Source: Candidatus Bathyarchaeota archaeon
Lineage (GTDB): Archaea; Thermoproteota; Bathyarchaeia; Bathyarchaeales; Bathycorpusculaceae
DNA: 64,000 bases
NCBI GenBank assembly: GCA_963828195.1
Contig: CAWHDT010000007.1
Span: 128,001-192,000 of the forward strand
Reading direction: 5' to 3'
The notes below the pieces were generated by a model, which saw only the letters and a program-made list of their open reading frames with translations, was not told where the DNA came from and did not search any database. A program made the position numbers and the translations under genes. The first letter of the stretch is position 1, and each line of letters opens with the position of its first letter. Of the stretch, positions 58,309-64,000 are shown in pieces.

Positions 58309-58334
58309 TGAACAAATCACAACCACCTTTAAAT
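58309..58334 (+). promoter_or_regulatory. Third copy of the nif operator/TATA motif (divergent)
   Basis: TGAACAAATCACAACCACCTTTAAAT; 25/26 identical to the nifH copy. Confidence 0.7.
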
Positions 58335-58365
58335 CCTCTCTCAAGCATTTAACTATTAAGAAAAG

Positions 58366-58542
58366 ATGAGTGAGGCGGAAAAATTGGAAACAAAAGAACT
58401 TTGGTGCACATTACCAATAAAAAATAAGACACGCTCAAATCTGAACAGAAGACAGAAATGCCCCGCTTTTTCAGAATTCGCAAGAAGTATTTTATCTAAA
58501 AGTGTTGTTGACGCGGAATTTTGGTACTTCACTCACATATAA
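58366..58542 (+). CDS. Small hypothetical protein or gene remnant (58 aa)
   Basis: ATG about 32 nt after the TATA of the third motif copy. Confidence 0.35.
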   Translation: MSEAEKLETKELWCTLPIKNKTRSNLNRRQKCPAFSEFARSILSKSVVDAEFWYFTHI

Positions 58543-58964
58543 AAAAAATTAGAGGTGAAAAACGAAGAGTTCGATAGAAGAAGAGGGCAAAAAGCCTTAC
58601 AATCAACAAGGATATTTAAACAAGAACGCCCATTTTTTTTCTCTATTTTAATCAAGGCACAAAAGCTCTTGGTTTAACATTTTGACAACGTCAACTCCAA
58701 TTAAACCATAGCAAGGTCCAGCGCCAGAAGATATTTACTTTGAAATCAGATTAGCTAATTAGCTAAAATTTGCTCCGATTTCGCTTGGATTCAGCACAGC
58801 CGGGGAAAAATTCCGGCTTTGAATACCTGAAATCTAAACTCGGCCAAGTTTGTCCCATGTAGGTAAGTGCTTTCCATAATTGAGTTGCGTTAGTCAATTA
58901 CGCTCTTTTGTTTATCCAATCTCTCAGAGTGAACCTACCCTAACAACAGTTAGCGAATGCAATA

Positions 58965-59933
58965 ATGCAAAAAATTCAGTTCCTAAAGATAGCTTTTCTC
59001 AGGTTTAGATTTTCAGGTTTCCTTGAAGAAATTATAAGTTTTATTAAGAATGAGCATAACTGCATTTGTGTGCAAGCGACGAAGTATTATGCGTTGGCGT
59101 TAACGACCAGTTACTGGAAACCAGGCGACGGCTACATCGACAAAATAGTCGGGGCTTTAGAGGGCAAAATTGAAGACGGCGATTTCGTCGTGGTGTCGGA
59201 AAAAGCCATTTCAACCGCAACAGGCAACATGGTAGACGAGGGCACCGTAAAACCCAGCTTAAACGCGAGGGTTATGGCTGGTTTCTGGATGCGTCTTGCT
59301 TGGGGGTACCCGCTCGGGTTTTTATGCGGCTTTGGCATGCGGCTCTTGCGGAGGCTGAGAAGTTACCCTTTGGAGTCAGGGAGCCGCCACAAGCAAGTAG
59401 CGCTTCAGTATGCGGGTTTTTGGCAGGCGTTGATGTTTGGGTCTGAAGGAGGAATCGACGGCTCCAATCTGCCTTACGCCTACGTCAGCTTGCCGTTGAG
59501 TGATCCAGGTGAAGCGGCGCGGAAAATTCGTGAACACGTATTTGCTGAGTTGAAAAGAAATGTCTGCGTTATAGTTGCTGACACAGATAAAACCTACAAG
59601 TTCAGGAATTTCTTTTTTACTCCCAGACCAAACCCGATGCAGGGCATACATTCCTTCGGCGGAGTTGCCTCTTACGCCGCTGGGAGAATGCTGAAGCTCA
59701 AAAAAAGCTCAACGCCTCTTGCTGTTTCGGGCTGCAGTCTGGGGGCGGGTGAAGCCTTAAAAGTCACCAACATAGCTGACAAAGCCCGTGGGCCGGGTTC
59801 AGGCGCGACGGTTTGGGATATGGCGGCGAGGTTTCATGTGGAGGTTAACGGCGTAAGCTGGGAGATGCTGTCTAAAATCAGGCATAAGCCACTGGTTATT
59901 GTTAGAAAAAAACGGGTTAAGCTCAATACATAA
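58965..59933 (+). CDS. CofE-like (F420:glutamate ligase family) protein
   Basis: GD.VV.SEK.IS...G, GGID.SN and V..ADTD motifs; true start probably downstream. Confidence 0.7.
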   Translation: MQKIQFLKIAFLRFRFSGFLEEIISFIKNEHNCICVQATKYYALALTTSYWKPGDGYIDKIVGALEGKIEDGDFVVVSEKAISTATGNMVDEGTVKPSLNARVMAGFWMRLAWGYPLGFLCGFGMRLLRRLRSYPLESGSRHKQVALQYAGFWQALMFGSEGGIDGSNLPYAYVSLPLSDPGEAARKIREHVFAELKRNVCVIVADTDKTYKFRNFFFTPRPNPMQGIHSFGGVASYAAGRMLKLKKSSTPLAVSGCSLGAGEALKVTNIADKARGPGSGATVWDMAARFHVEVNGVSWEMLSKIRHKPLVIVRKKRVKLNT

Positions 59934-60030
59934 GAAACAAATAATCATCTGAATGTAAAAGAACTTTTTTGGATAGTAACACATAAAAACCAGCCTTCGA
60001 AGGCAGAATATCGGAACAGGTGAATTAGGT

Positions 60031-61533
60031 ATGGAAGAAGCATTACAGAAGTTAGACGCATTCTTTAATCCTCATTCAGTTGCAATAATCGGCGCCACAA
60101 AGAAAATGGATAAAGCAGGCCACGTGATTTTCAAAAATTTTTCAACCAACAAACTGCGTGGAGTCTACAAGGGAGAACTCTACCCTGTTAACCCGAACGA
60201 AGATTCAATTTTAGGTTTCAAATGCTACAAAACCTTAACTGACGTTCCCGGCGACGTAGATTTGATAGTTATTATTATTCCGGCGGTAGCGGTTCCAGGC
60301 GTGATGGAGGAGGCAGCGGCTAAAAACGTCAAAGCCTGCATCATAATCACCGCGGGCTTCAAAGAAGTTGGAAACGTGGAGCTTGAAGAGAAAGTGGTCG
60401 CCATCGCCAAAAAAGGCGGAATACGCGTGCTGGGACCCAACTGCCTCGGCGTTTACTACTCAAAAACGGGTATCGACAGCCTTTTTCTTCCCGAAACCAA
60501 AACTCTCACCACCGGAGACGAAGTTGTTGCGACGCCACGGCCATTAGCAGGCAACATCGCGATGATTACGCAGAGCGGCGCCTTCGGATCAGCAGCCCTT
60601 GACTTCTTAACTGGGCGGCAGATGGGCGTTAGCAAATTCGTGAGTTTCGGCAACAAATGCGACGTAAACGAATCAGACATACTGGCCTACCTGCTTCAGG
60701 ACGAAGAAACCCACGTGACACTTATGTATCTGGAAGACGTCAAAGACGGCAGGGAATTTTTGGAAATCGCCAAGAAAATCACTTTGAAAAAACCCGTCGT
60801 CGTCATAAAAACGGGAAGAAGCGCCGCGGGTGCACGCGCAGCAGCCTCGCACACGGGCGCCATCGCTGGGTCAGACAAAATTTACGACGCCGCCTTCGAG
60901 CAGGGCGGAGTGATTAGGGCGCGGGACATGGATGAATTCTTCGACATTGGAAAAGCCCTTGCCATGCAGCCTCCAGCCGTCGGCAGAAACATCGGAATCC
61001 TCACCGACGCAGGCGGACCCGGCGTCATGACAGTGGACGAATGCGAATTCCTCGGGTTAACCGTCAACAAGTTTACGCCTGACATACTGGCGGAGTTCCA
61101 GCAGCTCAAAGACACGAATCAAATCCTAAAAATCTCGGCGACATCAAACCCCGTTGACCTCACCGGCTCAGTGACCGATGACCAGTTCGTGATTTCGGCG
61201 GACCTTATGTTTCGAGACCCAGAAATCAACGGCATCATATTGCTTGGGCTCCATCACATGCCTGGGCTACGTGAAAAATACATTGACGGCATCGTGTTGA
61301 TCGCCTCAAGGTACAGCAAACCCATAGTTATGTGCGACATCGGCGAAACAGAAATGGCGCTCTACACCCGCTCAAGATTCGACCGGCTCAACGTTCCAGC
61401 GTATCCTTCGCCTGAAGCTGCCGCCCGAGCGATGAAGGGGCTAGTGACCTACGGCGAATACCTCACCAAGTACGGCGCTGCAGACGAACGCATCGCATTC
61501 GTAAAAAAGAGTGGCAACGCAGTCACAAAGTAA
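60031..61533 (+). CDS. acdA: Acetate-CoA ligase (ADP-forming) alpha subunit
   Basis: P.SVAIIGA, YPVNP, AGFKE.G, GPNCLG, QSGA, S.GN..D, SHTG and NPVDL.G motifs. Confidence 0.9.
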   Translation: MEEALQKLDAFFNPHSVAIIGATKKMDKAGHVIFKNFSTNKLRGVYKGELYPVNPNEDSILGFKCYKTLTDVPGDVDLIVIIIPAVAVPGVMEEAAAKNVKACIIITAGFKEVGNVELEEKVVAIAKKGGIRVLGPNCLGVYYSKTGIDSLFLPETKTLTTGDEVVATPRPLAGNIAMITQSGAFGSAALDFLTGRQMGVSKFVSFGNKCDVNESDILAYLLQDEETHVTLMYLEDVKDGREFLEIAKKITLKKPVVVIKTGRSAAGARAAASHTGAIAGSDKIYDAAFEQGGVIRARDMDEFFDIGKALAMQPPAVGRNIGILTDAGGPGVMTVDECEFLGLTVNKFTPDILAEFQQLKDTNQILKISATSNPVDLTGSVTDDQFVISADLMFRDPEINGIILLGLHHMPGLREKYIDGIVLIASRYSKPIVMCDIGETEMALYTRSRFDRLNVPAYPSPEAAARAMKGLVTYGEYLTKYGAADERIAFVKKSGNAVTK

Positions 61534-61909
61534 CCGTGACTCCGACTTCGCTGCCGTCCGCCAGTTTGAGGCGTTCCCGCAAATTCCACGGGGCAACAAC
61601 CTCCAACTCATCTTTTGGGTAACCTGGCACCTCGGGAGAAACCACCCCGCAAACCAACCCGCCTATCCTGGCTTTGATTAAGGTTCCAGTGCAGTAGCCT
61701 GCCTCTGGTTTTATCTCGAATTTCTCGGCGTCTTCAAGCTTATCTTTCTGCAGAACGCCGTCTTTTGTTAGACGGATGTTTAGGGTTCCAAGATACGGGG
61801 TGAACCCGAGTTTTTCCTCTATTCGCCGTTTAACCCAGGGCAAAGCAACAAATTTTTTGCCTTCCCCGCTGCCAGAAAAAACTGTGCCGTAGAGTGCTAT
61901 TTCACCCAA
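61523..61909 (-). CDS. ribK: CTP-dependent riboflavin kinase
   Basis: G.V.SG.GEG, LGF.PY.GTLN and E..AP..LR..L.L.DG motifs. Confidence 0.88.
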   Translation of the reverse strand: MGEIALYGTVFSGSGEGKKFVALPWVKRRIEEKLGFTPYLGTLNIRLTKDGVLQKDKLEDAEKFEIKPEAGYCTGTLIKARIGGLVCGVVSPEVPGYPKDELEVVAPWNLRERLKLADGSEVGVTVTL

Positions 61910-61928
61910 AAAGCGTCCTTCAGGCAGC

Positions 61929-62309
61929 TCAGGGTTTTTGTTCTTTTAGCCACTGAGCAACTTTTTTGAGGACAGGATCAGACGTTATGTCAACGACGGG
62001 CACAATCATTTTTTCTTTAGTTTCAATCACCGGCGCATACTTCGGCATCAACGCATAGCCCACAAAACTCCAAAAAACTTTCCCGTTCTCCAACAGCTCC
62101 TTCGCAACTATGGCGGTTGAAGCGGGAAGCGGAAAATACAGGAAAACAACCCCGTCAACCCAGTAAAGCCCCGCCAGCTTGCCCCCTGCCAAAACAGAGG
62201 TGAACCGGGCTATTTCCTCAGGCGAGGTGAAATAGTTTTTTTCCATAACGACAATTTCTTTAAAGGGAGAATACGTGATGTTGACTTCGGGTTTACTCAT
62301 GCCTTTCAC
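61929..62309 (-). CDS. Conserved archaeal hypothetical protein
   Basis: 126-aa ORF; LYWVDGVVF motif; host-like codon use. Confidence 0.65.
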   Translation of the reverse strand: MKGMSKPEVNITYSPFKEIVVMEKNYFTSPEEIARFTSVLAGGKLAGLYWVDGVVFLYFPLPASTAIVAKELLENGKVFWSFVGYALMPKYAPVIETKEKMIVPVVDITSDPVLKKVAQWLKEQKP

Positions 62310-62457
62310 TTCAACAAGTTAGCTAGGGGTTTGCTGCCCTTTTAATCTTGCCGTAAAACCTGTTGCGAGAACCTGAGATGGGTGCTACTTTGGGGAATTG
62401 GGTTTCAAGCAAGTTTAATATTACTGGTTCCGACGGTATTACTTAGAGTTTGTTCGT

Positions 62458-62727
62458 ATGGATCAAGTTGTCTCGGTCACCAAGAAAGGGCAAGTCACAA
62501 TACCTAAGAGGCTCAGAGACAAGTACGGCATCAAAGACAAGGTCATCTTCGAAGAAAACGAATGCGGAATCGTCCTAAAACCAGTGCCTACCCCAGCCGA
62601 CTTAATGGGTTCATTCAAAGCGTACGCCAAAGGCAAGACAGCCCGCCAACTGCTAGAAGAAGCCCGGAAAGAAGAATTCGCCAAAGAAAAAGAACAGATG
62701 AAACATGCCAGAACTTCTAACATTTGA
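62458..62727 (+). CDS. AbrB/MazE family antitoxin
   Basis: VTKKGQVTIPK.LR.KYGI motif. Confidence 0.88.
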   Translation: MDQVVSVTKKGQVTIPKRLRDKYGIKDKVIFEENECGIVLKPVPTPADLMGSFKAYAKGKTARQLLEEARKEEFAKEKEQMKHARTSNI

Positions 62728-62785
62728 TTCTGAACCCATCTTTAGCCTTCTTCCTTGGCACACCCGACGCCGAAACCGATGTTAC
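62705..62785 (+). pseudogene. Truncated, frameshifted VapC N-terminus
   Basis: MPELLTFDSEPI / LAFFLGTPDAET overlaps the antitoxin end, then breaks off. Confidence 0.5.
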
Positions 62786-62851
62786 CGTAAATGTTATAAT
62801 GCTCTTGAGATAACTAACTACAATGTTTCCTAATGGAGAAGATGGAAGAAA

Positions 62852-63541
62852 TTGTTAATGGAGAAAAAAACTTCCACGTGTACCCTCGAAGAACTTATTG
62901 GACCACTGAATGATGTTGAAAAAAAATATGCGCCAAAACTGCTCTATGTTGCTGGACAACTGCCAATCCCGTTACCATCTCCAAGAGTCGCAGTTATAGG
63001 TTCACGGAAAGCTTCATCCAAAGGGCTTAACGCTGCCAGCAATATTGCAAAAGTTCTTGCAAAACACAACGTAATTGTCGTTAGCGGACTTGCTGAGGGA
63101 ATTGATAGTGCGGCACACAAAGGTGCCATTGAAGCAAACGGACATACAATTGCAGTTTTAGGCACTCCATTAGACCGAGTTTACCCACGGGAAAATGCTC
63201 AACTTCAAGAGTTCATCATGCGAGAACACTTAGCGGTTTCTCAATTTCCAATCGGATACCCCATTCAGCCAAAGAATTTTGTTATCAGAAATAGAACAAT
63301 GGCGCTTATTGCCGATGCATCAATTATAGTTGAGGCGAGTAATTCTAGTGGTTCTCTTCATCAAGGATGGGAAGCGCTAAGGCTTGGAAGACCTCTTTTT
63401 ATTTGGAGTCCTCTAATGCGTGACCCTTCATTGAACTGGACACAAAAAATGGCAATGTATGGCGCAATGGAACTTACCGACCCAGAAGAAGTGCTGGATG
63501 ACTTACCCTCTCGACAAAGAATCCTTGAAGTGATCCAATGA
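62852..63541 (+). CDS. dprA: DprA/Smf-like Rossmann-fold protein
   Basis: VAVIGSR, VSGLA.GID.AAH, AVLGT, F..RNR, EA...SGSL.Q and GRP.F motifs; no C-terminal wHTH. Confidence 0.88.
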   Translation: MLMEKKTSTCTLEELIGPLNDVEKKYAPKLLYVAGQLPIPLPSPRVAVIGSRKASSKGLNAASNIAKVLAKHNVIVVSGLAEGIDSAAHKGAIEANGHTIAVLGTPLDRVYPRENAQLQEFIMREHLAVSQFPIGYPIQPKNFVIRNRTMALIADASIIVEASNSSGSLHQGWEALRLGRPLFIWSPLMRDPSLNWTQKMAMYGAMELTDPEEVLDDLPSRQRILEVIQ

Positions 63542-63544
63542 AAT

Positions 63545-64000
63545 ATGAACCTATGTCAACTTGAGTTTGGTGCGCTACTAACTTACTCTCCTCATGGGAC
63601 CACGCCAAACGCTGTACATTCAAAGGGTGTCATGCAGGCTCTTAAGAGAGACCAATATGTTGGAAATCAACCAACAATCTTGATGTCAGAATGGGTAGCA
63701 AAGGTAGTGAAACAAAAAATGGCTGAACTCCCCTTTGAATGTTTTTTCCAGCCAAACACGATTTTAGTTCCAGTGCCGAAGAGTTCTTTGATGCAGCCCA
63801 ACACTTTATGGGTTCCAGAACGAGTTGCAAAAGCATTGGTTTCAGTGGGTATCGGAAAACAGGTTGCCTCTTGCCTCATTAGGTCTAAAGCAGTTCCCAA
63901 GGCAGCATTAAGTTCACCAAGCGAGAGACCGACTGCAGAACAGCATTATGAATCGATAACCGTTCAGGGAATCCTATGTAAACCCGACGAAATTGTGTTA
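63545..64000 (+). CDS. ComF-like phosphoribosyltransferase (runs off the window)
   Basis: Open frame MNLCQLEFG...ILVPVPKSS...R...VPKAA...R.....HYES..V....EIVL, ending where the VDD PRPP motif is expected. Confidence 0.65.
   Translation, partial: MNLCQLEFGALLTYSPHGTTPNAVHSKGVMQALKRDQYVGNQPTILMSEWVAKVVKQKMAELPFECFFQPNTILVPVPKSSLMQPNTLWVPERVAKALVSVGIGKQVASCLIRSKAVPKAALSSPSERPTAEQHYESITVQGILCKPDEIVL

Noticed and set aside
58366-58542. Small ORF as a glutamine synthetase remnant
   Set aside because: The resemblance (WYFTHI versus FTDI) is too short to support

Overview
Archaeal chromosomal window, probably Bathyarchaeia. This assignment is inferred from form III RuBisCO, PEF-CTERM/PT-repeat surface proteins, an archaeal initiator tRNA and frequent TTG starts. 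Core content: a three-gene lipid-linked mannosylation operon, the AMP-salvage pathway (R15P isomerase, form III RuBisCO, AMP phosphorylase), trxB, an NfnAB/SudBA operon headed by a ferredoxin-MvhD tandem fusion, tRNA-iMet, a hisGDCBHAFI operon, a BlaI/BlaR-like pair with an ABC exporter, AcdA and RibK. The most notable accessory content is: (1) a compact nifH-nifB-nifD-nifK-nifV(-like) operon with intact cluster ligands, no nifEN/nifI/vnfG in the window, an apparent ATA start for nifD, and a 26-bp motif shared by three promoters; (2) a ~9 kb integrated element with an atypical tyrosine recombinase that seems to sit inside the PEF-CTERM anchor-coding end of a surface-protein gene, with an orphan anchor at one end and a second anchor carrying the element's repeat motif at the other, nested in a run of single-gene units delimited by AAATCTTTAAC between rbcL and AMP phosphorylase; (3) two inverted copies of a ~160-210 bp structured non-coding element; (4) several intact or decayed toxin-antitoxin modules, each followed by a tRNA 3'-end-like fragment; (5) a DprA + PRTase (ShosTA-like) pair at the right edge. 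No CRISPR array or rRNA was seen. All calls were made by eye from motifs; no database search was run.
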